Shown: positions 39,877-49,848 of the stretch, piece by piece
Position numbering within the stretch: position 1 is the first letter of the stretch
Layout of the letters: each line of letters begins with the position of its first letter
IMG/VR virus record: IMGVR_UViG_3300032038_000020
Location: 1-64,000 of that record
From: an uncultured virus (IMG/VR IMGVR_UViG_3300032038_000020)
Taxonomy: Duplodnaviria > Heunggongvirae > Uroviricota > Caudoviricetes
Length of the DNA stretch: 64,000 nucleotides
Direction: 5' to 3' (one strand)
The notes under the pieces: generated by a model
The model's input: the letters and a program-made list of their open reading frames with translations, nothing else
The model's database searches: none
Told to the model about the DNA's origin: nothing
Translations under genes and position numbers: made by a program

Positions 39877-40578
39877 ATGGGTACAAGAAATAACGGAAGG
39901 ATAGTAGCAGCATTCTTTATGGCAGTCTGCATGACTGTAATATCTCTGCTGATCATCTTTGGTAGAGAAGAAAAGACTGTGCCGATGAGCAATAACGTTA
40001 CTACAACTTCCACAACAGAGTGTAGAACATCGACGACAACAACCACAACAATGAAGAAGAGTACTACTAGTAAATCTACTTCAACCACAACGACAACCAC
40101 AAAGACCACAACTACGGAATCTACAACTGAACCTGTAGAGACAGAGCCTCAGAATGATCAAATCATCGGAGGCGATGGAACCGTTACCGTTAACGGATGG
40201 ATTTTCAATAGTCCTATCGATGCACAGTATCTCTATGATCGCTGTGCTGATTATGGAATCGATCCTGCTGTCATGTATGGAGTAATGATGGCAGAGTCAA
40301 CAATGGGTACCGCATGCACTAACTTATGTGGTATCACAGATGTAGCTGCTCAAAGCTACAATGAAGCTACTGGTAATGGATACTGGAACTGGGAGTCCGA
40401 TCCTTATCAGAACTTAGAGATCAGTTTATATTGTCTGAATGGAGCCTATGGATACTATGGTAATGGCTCTACTTACGATGCACTGGCAGGATATAACACA
40501 GGATACTGGGGTCACATTGCAGGTACATACAGCCCGTATGCTGAAACTGTAATGGGTTATGCCAACTCAGTGTATTAA
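39877..40578 (+). CDS. membrane-anchored lytic transglycosylase (SLT-like) with a Thr-rich linker
   Basis: N-terminal TM, poly-Thr stalk, YGIDPAVMYGVMMAES (catalytic E) and ALAGYNTG. Confidence 0.75.
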   Translation: MGTRNNGRIVAAFFMAVCMTVISLLIIFGREEKTVPMSNNVTTTSTTECRTSTTTTTTMKKSTTSKSTSTTTTTTKTTTTESTTEPVETEPQNDQIIGGDGTVTVNGWIFNSPIDAQYLYDRCADYGIDPAVMYGVMMAESTMGTACTNLCGITDVAAQSYNEATGNGYWNWESDPYQNLEISLYCLNGAYGYYGNGSTYDALAGYNTGYWGHIAGTYSPYAETVMGYANSVY

Positions 40579-40727
40579 ATAGAGAAACCACAAGCCACAA
40601 ACCTAGGTTCTCAGAATACAAGCAACATGACAAGTCCGAGGAGAGTGGTTCTCTCCTCGGATTCTTTTTTGTCAGTAGAAACCCCCAGAGCAATTCTGCT
40701 CTGGGGATCTGAGTGCTGTGTATGCGA

Positions 40728-40946
40728 TTACGGATTATCAGGATCAACGTTAGAACCGTTACCGTCGTTGCCGTCCTTAGGAACATAGGCAAGAATCACT
40801 GTATCACTCCAGAGAGCTTCTACAACGACATTTGAACCCTGCTCCTTCTCGATCTCAACGATTGCATCGTTGATGTTCTCGGTAGCTACTTCAGGCTTGT
40901 CTGCAATTCTGACAACCTTAACAGCCTTATTCTTAGGAGTTGCCAT
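40728..40946 (-). CDS. small hypothetical protein
   Basis: GAGGT SD, late promoter at 41034-41045, terminator at about 40682-40707. Confidence 0.7.
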   Translation of the reverse strand: MATPKNKAVKVVRIADKPEVATENINDAIVEIEKEQGSNVVVEALWSDTVILAYVPKDGNDGNGSNVDPDNP

Positions 40947-41092
40947 AGTCGATTACCTCGCTTTCTTGATAGATTAGAGCATATATTTATACTCATCAAA
41001 AGGAGAATTTTGATAATAGCACCGCTGCTATTTTACTCATATGTTAACAAAAAAGAAGGGATGAGACGCTCATCCCTTCTAATGATAGTGTA

Positions 41093-42646
41093 TTACGCAA
41101 CCTTTGGCTCAAGATCAAGACAAGACTGAATGTCGTCAAGATCCTCTTCTGTATATGAATCCATAGAAAGGTTAACGAAGCTGTTGAGACAGATGAGATT
41201 GTTGGTCTGAAGAGATACATTAGTCTCAAACAGACCAGTGTTTCTGGAGATCTGACCAACGTAACGTGGATTGAATACTTCCATACAAGCCTTGAGGAAC
41301 TCCTGATTGATGATGTACATGCAGTTCAGAGTATCACCATCAAAGTCTGCATTAAGACCAGAGAGAATCTCAAGTGGCAGTGACATTGCATAAGAGTCAA
41401 AGTGAATACCAACAACCTGCATCTGAAGAACTGACAGAGACCAGATAGATGGATTACGATTGATAAGTACACCGACATACTCGGAGTTGACTATATTCAT
41501 CATAATGTCATAGATCTCTTTAGACGGATTGATAGTTGCCATGAACCACTTCTGATATGCAATGTGACGAGGCATTGTCTTTGAGAGAATATTGACTATT
41601 CTGAACTCAAGAAGCTCTACCATAGATGCATATGGGAGTATTACCTGATCTATCTCAAGATCACTGTTCGGCACGATTACTGATCTCGCACAGAAGTTAT
41701 ATCTGCCTCCTATAGTAGAACGTACCAGTCCCTTCTTATGAGAAAGCTGCTTCTCAAGGTCTGTATAGATATCCATCCACTTAGACTGCATTCTATACAG
41801 AATCTGTTTAGCAGGTTTACCAGTACGTCTAGAGACAAGCTGGTTACGATTGACTCTTGTAGCCTGAGCCGCAAGAATATTATACAGTGAGTTATTACCA
41901 TCAAAGTTGAACTGACTGTCGTCAAGGTTGAATGGTCTTAACTGTGTAGTATAGACTGGAATGGAGTGGGTGAACACGATGTTCTTATACTCCATGATGT
42001 GGTCATAGTAATCCATCTTCTCTGGCTTCTTGGCATGCTTGTTCTTATAGAACTCCATGATCTCGTCAAAACGATCACGGAATGCAAGTATACCAATTCC
42101 AACGAATGGACTACTCTTACTAGGTTTCACCTCGATAGGTTTACCGTCTACATCTATCTTATCATCATTATCGATGATTGCATCGAACTCTTTGGCTCCG
42201 ATAAATGCAGAGATAGACTTGAACAGGTTGGGATGAATCAGACAATACTTTTCGTCTATACATATCCATCCAAACTTCTCAAAGTCATCACCCATGTAGT
42301 CTACTGGAGTATGACAATACTCACAGATCTGTCCATAGTGTAATCTACCATTAAGATGATTGCACTTACATCTGTAGCGATTAGAGTATGCATCCTGATC
42401 ATTCAGAGTGGGACCGAAGAATGTCGAGAAGATACTTTTGTCGCTCTTAAGGTCTTTCTTGATGTCCTGACGCTTCTCGATGATCATACCCTTACCTCTC
42501 ATAAGGTCAGCTTCTCTTTCCTTATCGAGGTCTATGATTTCGAGAGACGTCTCATATACGTATTGCTGTTGTGTTTTGGGGTCTGATGATACGGGTGTTA
42601 TTGAAAGGGTTGTTCTCCTTTCACGTCTGTCGTAGTCGCTTAACAT
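41093..42646 (-). CDS. rpoC: RNA polymerase beta-prime N-terminal/catalytic subunit (probably non-virion RNAP)
   Basis: Zinc domain CKC..CEYC, FGWI, IPVY..LRP, KKGLVR..GGRYNFCARSVI, INRNPSI and LNADFDGD. Confidence 0.93.
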   Translation of the reverse strand: MLSDYDRRERRTTLSITPVSSDPKTQQQYVYETSLEIIDLDKEREADLMRGKGMIIEKRQDIKKDLKSDKSIFSTFFGPTLNDQDAYSNRYRCKCNHLNGRLHYGQICEYCHTPVDYMGDDFEKFGWICIDEKYCLIHPNLFKSISAFIGAKEFDAIIDNDDKIDVDGKPIEVKPSKSSPFVGIGILAFRDRFDEIMEFYKNKHAKKPEKMDYYDHIMEYKNIVFTHSIPVYTTQLRPFNLDDSQFNFDGNNSLYNILAAQATRVNRNQLVSRRTGKPAKQILYRMQSKWMDIYTDLEKQLSHKKGLVRSTIGGRYNFCARSVIVPNSDLEIDQVILPYASMVELLEFRIVNILSKTMPRHIAYQKWFMATINPSKEIYDIMMNIVNSEYVGVLINRNPSIWSLSVLQMQVVGIHFDSYAMSLPLEILSGLNADFDGDTLNCMYIINQEFLKACMEVFNPRYVGQISRNTGLFETNVSLQTNNLICLNSFVNLSMDSYTEEDLDDIQSCLDLEPKVA

Positions 42647-42700
42647 GGCTAGATTCCTCCTTGTGTTATATTATAGAATCGTTACAGGTCCTATAACTTT

Positions 42701-43219
42701 CTACTCGAAGATCTCGCTAACGGTCTGAATACCATCATTGAACTCTTCGAAGAATCTGTATTGCTTCTTTACTGAGATTTCATATGAGTTCACTACGATC
42801 TCTGGGTCGGGAACGAAGTACTCTCCATACTTCTCAAGTATTCCGCATCTGCGAACGATTGTGTTTAATTTCTTCAGCGTCATATTCTCATCGAATTCGA
42901 TATCCTCGTTCGCTGTGATATCGATACCTTCTATTGAGGAGCCGTCTGATAGTTTACCGAACTCTGTTTTGATTTCGAATGTAAACTTACCTTCGCTGTC
43001 TTGTTCGGCAATAACTTTGATACTGTTGATAACAATCACCTTAGACTTTACTATCTCTGGTGGTTTGTCTTCTTCTTTGTTAGTGATAGGTGGTTTATAG
43101 TTAGAGAGAATCCTATCTCTCGTAGCCTGGTCTACCGAACTTAGAAGAACATATCCCTGCTGTTTCTGTTTAGGAATGTTCTCTTCATCGTTATCTGTTA
43201 TCAGTTCGACTTTCGCCAT
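42701..43219 (-). CDS. hypothetical protein
   Basis: AAGGAGGT SD; early-type promoter at 43241-43251. Confidence 0.7.
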   Translation of the reverse strand: MAKVELITDNDEENIPKQKQQGYVLLSSVDQATRDRILSNYKPPITNKEEDKPPEIVKSKVIVINSIKVIAEQDSEGKFTFEIKTEFGKLSDGSSIEGIDITANEDIEFDENMTLKKLNTIVRRCGILEKYGEYFVPDPEIVVNSYEISVKKQYRFFEEFNDGIQTVSEIFE

Positions 43220-43313
43220 AATTGTACCTCCTTACGGTTCTATAGTATGTAAGTCTAACCATTATTGACTGGTTGAACAATTAAGTAATGAATTCAATGC
43301 AAGGAGGTCTATT

Positions 43314-44528
43314 ATGGCTACTAAACGTGTTGCTAAAGAGATCACTAACAAAGAAGATCTCGACGAGATACTGAATCTGAGTGATCATGACTGTCTGAAG
43401 TTATCTGTAGCGATGGAGTACTTCGGAGAGTTCAATGGTAAAGTAAGATTCCACCCGTATGATTGGTTCAAAGTTCCGAAGGGAACTTTCCATAATAACA
43501 AGAACGTGTTTACTACTACTCTTGGTGCTTGGCTCTTCAATAAGGGCTGTCTCTCATGGAGCGGAGTGTTCGAAGAAACTGGATATATCAATGTACCAGT
43601 TACCAAGAAGGTTGTCAAGGGTATTCTCACAAAGCTCTCTTATGCTATACTGGAGGAGAGACTTACTGTTCCTCAGTATAAGAGAATGATCGATGCTATG
43701 CAGAAGATGATGCCATACAGCACTGTCATCTGTCCTACTACATCAGAGGCTATGCTTACTATCGGTAAAACTATAGAACCCAAGAAGAAAGAGCTCTTCA
43801 AGAAGTACGAGAAAGAACTCGCTGCTGGAGATGCTCTTACTATGAACAAGATCGAGAAGGAACTTCTCGACTACTGTAAAGAGAAGCTTGATGGAGATCC
43901 TTGTATGGATGGTATCAACTCTGGTGCTGGAGCAGACTGGGGAAACAACTTCAAGAACATGTATGTCATCAAGGGAGCTCAGAAAGATCCAGATCCTACA
44001 AAGGGATACAATCTTATCACTTCTAACTACATGGAAGGTGTAAGTAAAGAAGACTACTCTGCTATGGCTAACTCTCTTGCTGCAGGTCCTTATGCCCGTG
44101 CAAAGAATACTGCTTCTGGAGGCTACTCTGAGAAGCTCTTCTTGGGTGCAACCCAGCACGTCGTACTTGACGAGAAGGGCTCAGATTGCGGAACCACGAG
44201 GACTATTCAGATAACCCTCGATAATACGCGTATGAGAATGATGATGTACTCATACATCGTAGAGGGGAGCAAACTGGTTCGACTCGATAGTACAAACATG
44301 GAGAAGTATAGAGGTAAGACTGTAAAGATGAGATTCGCTTCTATGTGTAAGGGTAAGAAGATCTGTAACAAGTGTGCTGGAGATCTCTTCTACTTACTGG
44401 GAGTAAAGAATGTCGGTACAGCATCACCTCAGCTTGCATCATGCGTAAAGCTGATATCAATGAAGGCTTTCCATGACTCTACAGATAAATACATCAAGAT
44501 GGACCCAGGTGAAGCATTCGGAACATAA
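43314..44528 (+). CDS. rpoC: RNA polymerase beta-prime C-terminal subunit (probably virion RNAP)
   Basis: INSGA, SNYMEG, bridge-helix-like NTASGGYSEK, SDCGT, ICNKCAG, trigger-loop-like MKAFH; late promoter at 43276-43287. Confidence 0.88.
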   Translation: MATKRVAKEITNKEDLDEILNLSDHDCLKLSVAMEYFGEFNGKVRFHPYDWFKVPKGTFHNNKNVFTTTLGAWLFNKGCLSWSGVFEETGYINVPVTKKVVKGILTKLSYAILEERLTVPQYKRMIDAMQKMMPYSTVICPTTSEAMLTIGKTIEPKKKELFKKYEKELAAGDALTMNKIEKELLDYCKEKLDGDPCMDGINSGAGADWGNNFKNMYVIKGAQKDPDPTKGYNLITSNYMEGVSKEDYSAMANSLAAGPYARAKNTASGGYSEKLFLGATQHVVLDEKGSDCGTTRTIQITLDNTRMRMMMYSYIVEGSKLVRLDSTNMEKYRGKTVKMRFASMCKGKKICNKCAGDLFYLLGVKNVGTASPQLASCVKLISMKAFHDSTDKYIKMDPGEAFGT

Positions 44529-44626
44529 GATAATGTCGGTGGGAGCAATCCCACCGACTGTTATATATTATTAAGATGTGGAACACCAACCACATCTATA
44601 TTTTATATCCGAAAGGGAACGATATC

Positions 44627-44902
44627 ATGATGACTATTGAAGATTTTAGAGAACAGAATCCAAACAGCTGCGGAAACTTATGTTGGAATTGCAGATATAA
44701 CTGCGATCACTGGGATAGAAGACATAATGGTGCACGTTGCCTCTCTTTTGAGAGAAGTCCTAATCTATCTACAAGTGAACAAAGAGCTTATTTGATGAAG
44801 GCACTTAGAGAAGAATATGAAGCTAGCAAGAATAATGCAACTAACTACTTCTACAAGGCCTATAGAAGTCTTTACTTCAATGAAGAGGAGACTCTCGTAT
44901 GA
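44627..44902 (+). CDS. small Cys-rich hypothetical protein
   Basis: CGNLCWNCRYNC..C; early promoter at 44562-44572. Confidence 0.6.
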   Translation: MMTIEDFREQNPNSCGNLCWNCRYNCDHWDRRHNGARCLSFERSPNLSTSEQRAYLMKALREEYEASKNNATNYFYKAYRSLYFNEEETLV

Positions 44903-44944
44903 GAGTCCCCTGTTTCTCTCTTCCACCACATCTTTATTTCTTTT

Positions 44945-45991
44945 TTAGAAGTACAGGTAGTAGGAGATTTCAATTCCCTTAGAAGTATCAGAGAGGGATT
45001 CGTTAGGGAAGTTGAACTTAGTGAATGGTCTGATGTCCTGATAGAACTTCTTGTAGTCTGCGTCTCCTGCAGAGTCCTTACCGAGGTATGGTACTGCTGT
45101 ACAGAGTGAGATAGTGTTAATTCTTGCAGAGCTCATAGCATCAAGGTTCTTGAAGTATTCTCTACAGTCTGATGCAGAGATAGTCATATGAAGCTCTACT
45201 ACTACATCAGCATCAGAGATCTTATCGCTTCTGAAGATATCTGTAGCAGAATCAATGATACCAGAACCGTCTGCCCATCTATAATGGATGATAGGATTGG
45301 TATCGAATGTCTTGAAGAAGTATGATATCATCTGGTTAGGTGCTGTACCAGTCGTACAACGACCAAAGTAGATTCCTCTATCTGTAACACCAAGGTCACT
45401 GTTAGCAGCCTTAACCTTAAATGGTACAAGACAGTTATTTACAGCCTCATCATTGATCATACCAGGATCATCAATGATAGAGAAGTTTGTGTATCCATAT
45501 GGAGCGATCCACTTAGTGTTAGACACTCTGAATACTCTGGAGTTGTCTATACCACATCCGTCGAAGCCGACAGCAAAGAGACAGATTCTCTTGGTAAAGT
45601 ATTCGTACACTGTCTTAAGTGCAGCCGATGCAGTACTATATGCTGTACCAGAATCACTATTACCGAATACATTAAGAGGGTTAGTATTGTCTGACGAACC
45701 CATAAGTCTCTTATCGTTAGGCTGATCGAACTGAGTATGATAAGTACTGAAAGCTTCATCATAGCTCTTTATACCAGCAAACTGTTCATCATATGATGTA
45801 GCATCGAATGTAGGATCGAAGAGTATAGCTTTCTTAGCGTTAATCTCTGATCCTGAGATGAGTACTTTGTTTGATCCTCTGAAAAGGACCTTACCAGTAC
45901 CAGTCTCTTTAAGTACGATATCTGTACCTTTGATTGTAGCAGCATCTGATGCTCTGTGTTCAGAGTCAAATGCGTGTATCTGTTTGTTCAT
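44945..45991 (-). CDS. probable baseplate/tail structural protein
   Basis: Downstream of the wedge-like gene; NKVLISG at the N-terminus and C-terminal KGIEISYYLYF beta strand. Confidence 0.5.
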   Translation of the reverse strand: MNKQIHAFDSEHRASDAATIKGTDIVLKETGTGKVLFRGSNKVLISGSEINAKKAILFDPTFDATSYDEQFAGIKSYDEAFSTYHTQFDQPNDKRLMGSSDNTNPLNVFGNSDSGTAYSTASAALKTVYEYFTKRICLFAVGFDGCGIDNSRVFRVSNTKWIAPYGYTNFSIIDDPGMINDEAVNNCLVPFKVKAANSDLGVTDRGIYFGRCTTGTAPNQMISYFFKTFDTNPIIHYRWADGSGIIDSATDIFRSDKISDADVVVELHMTISASDCREYFKNLDAMSSARINTISLCTAVPYLGKDSAGDADYKKFYQDIRPFTKFNFPNESLSDTSKGIEISYYLYF

Positions 45992-46003
45992 TAATATACC
46001 TCC

Positions 46004-49000
46004 TTATACGATTGTACGATAGCAGTCTGGAATTTCACACTCTACAACTACATCTTCCATGAAGCATGTAGCATCTATCATTGTACACGGGAATCCCTGA
46101 ATCTCTTCAGGAAGTCTGATCTTGTTATACTTAGAAATATAACGGATAAGTCGAACTTCTCCATCTTCGATCGAGTAGATAAAGTCGAGTTCTGTTGTCT
46201 GATAGTATGAGAAGCTACGAGAGAACTTAACTCTTTCAGAAGAAAGACCTACTTTATCACTGAACCCAAAAGTGGATTTCAATACAGGTGTATCGTACAC
46301 TGTACTCTTCTCAAAGAAGAAGTGAGCTCCGTTCTTATTAAGGTTATCGAGTATATGCACTCTGTTACCTGTAGTGTCTGAATCATCATCTATAGAGAAT
46401 ACAGATGATGTATCGATGAGTTGTGTCTTCCAAGATTTGAAGAAGTTGATTATCTTAACGATCCAGTCTCTTACATACTCTTGGTTGTGAGACGGAATAA
46501 GATTGTAGAGATATACCCATTCGCCAGAGTCAAAGTATGCCTCAAGTGCATAGACTACATACTCACATACCTGGTTGATATATGTACGCCTATCATCTAT
46601 AGAGCTATAGTTACGAGCAGTATTGAGTATATCTGCAAGATGCTCATCACGATCACTGAGGAACTCATAGTAAGTCTCAGCTACATGAGGAGTACCCTCT
46701 TCATCCACAGTAAAGAAAGTGAAGTCATTCTGGGTTTCCATGAACGACTCATAGAGTATCTTATAGACATCGTATTCTTTTTTGGATTCAGCATGCTTCA
46801 TCATATACACGAGATGCTCACGAAGCTTTACGTTTGTATAGTAAATCTCCTTAAGCTTTTCGAATGTCTGTATAGTCTGAATAGCTGTGGGGTCTTCTTC
46901 ATCTGTATGGTAAGCATTCATGAAATCAGCTTCAGTGTTTCTTACAAACTCATATGGATAATAAGAGATATCGACGATATGACCGAATCTTCTGGTATCT
47001 TCTATAGGGAAGATATCCTCTGGATCGTACTTACCAGCCACTACAGCATTGTGTACACTAGTAGGATGAGCTTTGTCGCGAATGCTTGCTACATTGTCTT
47101 CATTTATCTTGAAGTAAGCTTTCTTCTTAATGACATCTCCATCAAGATATGATATCTCATAGAAACCTTCGAAGAAATCATCTATCTTGTGGTTCTTAAG
47201 GTCTTGGAAGATCTTACTACCAGGGTCTGTAGCAGTAGGTTCATATCTACCACAAAGGAATGCATTCTCTCTAAGCTTTACTCCTTCTTCTATATACTCA
47301 AAGAACTGTTCAGGATTCTCAAGTACATCATCGAGATATATCTTCTTTCCAGTTCCAGGCTGTACATAGTTTGCATAGGTATCGAAGAGAGTGATGATTC
47401 TGTCATAGACTTGACTCCAGTCTTGAGAGAAGTCAAAGCCATTGATAGTCATATTAGCTTCCATAGAGCTAGCTACGTTATCTGCTTCTACTCCATTATA
47501 TAAGTAACTTAAGGCTATCATCATCGCCAAAAGGTCATTCAATCTCACTTGGTTGGGTGAGATGAATGAGTCTATGTTTACCATAAGAGCATCTGTAGCC
47601 CTAAGGATCTCGCCACTATTTCTCATGGCGTCGAAGATCATATTCATGAAGTACATAGTCTGATAAAGATACTTAGTACTATCTATAGCAGAGTCTACAC
47701 AGATATATTTAGTTCTCTCACATGAGAAGTCTTGGTTAAGAATCTCATTAGTCTTACGCTGATGGTAATTGTCCCTTTCAGTCTCAGACATGATTTCATC
47801 TCTAGACAGACCATCCCAGAATGGATCCTCTCTAGTGATAGTATCATATGATCTACGAAGAGAATCGTTCTCTATATACTTATCAGCATTCTGATCTTCT
47901 ATAGGAACTCTTAAGAATGCTAAGTCGTAGTTTTCATAATACTTCTCGAAACCAACCATATCCTCAGTTACGAGATGTGAACTTCCAGGATATATGAATG
48001 ACTTACCTACATCATCTTCAGTATAGTACTTGAAGTTGGCTCTGTCCTTTTTCTTGGTCTTGATAAGCCAGTATGTGAAGATCTCTATATCATCTCTACC
48101 AAAGAGGTTCTTGATATCCATGATGTTTCTATTGGTACTCTTGTACTTCAGAATCTCATTGATATTCTTGATGAGCTTGATCTGGTAGTTCATAGGGATC
48201 TCTTTATAGTATTCAATACCATAAGACTCAAAGAGATAACGAATGGTACGTGAGTCAAAGATATCCTTATTGATGATATACTCTTGCACTTCAGAAATGA
48301 GATCTATCATAGTCTGTATGAGAAGAAAGATGATAAGAACGTCTTCATAGTGCTCACTACCGATAGCATAAGCATCGCTGTACATGGTAGTGATTGTGTA
48401 TTCTCTGTTACGATCAAAATAACGGAGAAACTTGTAGTATATAGGGAACTCTGTATTGGTAGCTCCAAACTTAAGTGTAGGTTTAGGACAATACAGAAGT
48501 GAGAAATCTGGAGCCATACGAGCTGTGTATGGATCAATAGCCTTCTCTCTTAAGTGATAGAGGTATTTAAAGTCAGGACCAGTATAGTCCTGCTTCATAA
48601 TGTCGAGTATGTTTATATTACGTCTAGAACTTTCACCAATCTCTGAGACATCTCTATAGATCTCCCAGGCTTGATTGTCTGCAGGGTCCAGATCAGGGTC
48701 TAACCAGTCAAGAATCTTTCTGGCTAACTCGCCATCAGGTCCTTCAGCATTGTAATCCCTCTGGATCTCATGTATGTACTGATACTTGTTTACGGCATCA
48801 GCATCATATTCCTCAGTATCAGGGTTATAGTAACCAATACCTACATTGTTAAAGACAGTAAGGTTCGCTTCCACGGTTATGTAACCTTCATCCTTATATC
48901 TTTGGAGAGGTACATACTTGGTAGCATTCAGTTCTTCCATAAGAGCATCATATTCGTCTGCAGAAATAACTCCATGATAGTCATGAGTAGCTATCCATTC

Positions 49001-49291
49001 TTTTATCTCTGCAGTTTCTGGATATGGCTGTTGTCCATTAAGCTGTCTATAGTAGTTATTCAGTTCATCATAACTCTCTTCAAGATACTGAGACTCATCA
49101 ATTAGTCCAGCCTTGTAGCGAATCAGTTCATCTGAGTTTCTACGTGATTCAAGCGTCTCGTATTTGAGAGCATCTCTCTCATTTTTGACTACGGAGTTGA
49201 TAGCCATGTTCTTAGTATCTCTGACAACAAGGTCTATATAGGGGTTATCAGTAAACTTCATGTCATACTGATACGAGTAATGTCCGCCCAT
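46004..49291 (-). CDS. large baseplate wedge-like protein with a C-terminal BspA-LRR cap-like segment
   Basis: ELNNYYRQLNG; LFESYG..Y..IP..LIKNINEILKYKST tail-P2-I-like segment; late promoter at 49322-49333. Confidence 0.6.
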   Translation of the reverse strand: MGGHYSYQYDMKFTDNPYIDLVVRDTKNMAINSVVKNERDALKYETLESRRNSDELIRYKAGLIDESQYLEESYDELNNYYRQLNGQQPYPETAEIKEWIATHDYHGVISADEYDALMEELNATKYVPLQRYKDEGYITVEANLTVFNNVGIGYYNPDTEEYDADAVNKYQYIHEIQRDYNAEGPDGELARKILDWLDPDLDPADNQAWEIYRDVSEIGESSRRNINILDIMKQDYTGPDFKYLYHLREKAIDPYTARMAPDFSLLYCPKPTLKFGATNTEFPIYYKFLRYFDRNREYTITTMYSDAYAIGSEHYEDVLIIFLLIQTMIDLISEVQEYIINKDIFDSRTIRYLFESYGIEYYKEIPMNYQIKLIKNINEILKYKSTNRNIMDIKNLFGRDDIEIFTYWLIKTKKKDRANFKYYTEDDVGKSFIYPGSSHLVTEDMVGFEKYYENYDLAFLRVPIEDQNADKYIENDSLRRSYDTITREDPFWDGLSRDEIMSETERDNYHQRKTNEILNQDFSCERTKYICVDSAIDSTKYLYQTMYFMNMIFDAMRNSGEILRATDALMVNIDSFISPNQVRLNDLLAMMIALSYLYNGVEADNVASSMEANMTINGFDFSQDWSQVYDRIITLFDTYANYVQPGTGKKIYLDDVLENPEQFFEYIEEGVKLRENAFLCGRYEPTATDPGSKIFQDLKNHKIDDFFEGFYEISYLDGDVIKKKAYFKINEDNVASIRDKAHPTSVHNAVVAGKYDPEDIFPIEDTRRFGHIVDISYYPYEFVRNTEADFMNAYHTDEEDPTAIQTIQTFEKLKEIYYTNVKLREHLVYMMKHAESKKEYDVYKILYESFMETQNDFTFFTVDEEGTPHVAETYYEFLSDRDEHLADILNTARNYSSIDDRRTYINQVCEYVVYALEAYFDSGEWVYLYNLIPSHNQEYVRDWIVKIINFFKSWKTQLIDTSSVFSIDDDSDTTGNRVHILDNLNKNGAHFFFEKSTVYDTPVLKSTFGFSDKVGLSSERVKFSRSFSYYQTTELDFIYSIEDGEVRLIRYISKYNKIRLPEEIQGFPCTMIDATCFMEDVVVECEIPDCYRTIV

Positions 49292-49395
49292 AGCAGTGCA
49301 CTCCTTTCTATAGTTTGATTTTACTGAGATGTTGGGGGTAGCGAGAATGACGCAAATGAGAGGGATGCACAAAGCATCCCCCTATTTTGCTTCGG

Positions 49396-49848
49396 TTATA
49401 TACCAGTTTGTCCGTTGTGTTCCATAACGAAGTTTGTTACTCTGAAGTACACTCTTTTGGCTATTATATCAGTGATAGCATCCTCATTGTAGAGGATACA
49501 TAACTGCTCATATAGAGCTTCTGAAAGTCTTTGTGAGACGAGAGTACAGATATCTTTGTTGATCTGAATCTCTTCCTCTTCTTTGATATAGTAATCACTC
49601 TTATAAGCAAGATTGAGTATAGTGAACTCCTCAAAACATTGCTCTACAACAAGATCGAGCTTCTCATCTATCTTGTTATCAATGTCGAGTGTGGTGATAT
49701 GTTTATATCTTTCAAGTTCCACGTTGTTATCTTTAGCCGTAGCCCATACCTTTATTGCAGTCTTAGCTAAACTCCTGAGTGACAGGAGGTAGATCATACT
49801 AAAAACGATAAGGACTTTGACCAGGAATTGTATCGATATGACTGGCAT
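49396..49848 (-). CDS. membrane-anchored hypothetical protein
   Basis: N-terminal hydrophobic helix; start position uncertain. Confidence 0.6.
   Translation of the reverse strand: MPVISIQFLVKVLIVFSMIYLLSLRSLAKTAIKVWATAKDNNVELERYKHITTLDIDNKIDEKLDLVVEQCFEEFTILNLAYKSDYYIKEEEEIQINKDICTLVSQRLSEALYEQLCILYNEDAITDIIAKRVYFRVTNFVMEHNGQTGI

Noticed and set aside
40986..40998. 13-mer TGATGAGTATAAA shared with 12548-12560
   Set aside because: A single AT-rich 13-mer match is expected by chance in a window of this size
41093..43219. Chimallin (phage nucleus shell) or tubulin next to the RNAP gene
   Set aside because: Neighbouring ORFs are too small and no tubulin motif is present; neither can be excluded elsewhere in the genome
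4670..44528. Group I introns or inteins in terminase and RNAP genes
   Set aside because: The ORFs are continuous with expected motif spacing and show no intein terminal motifs
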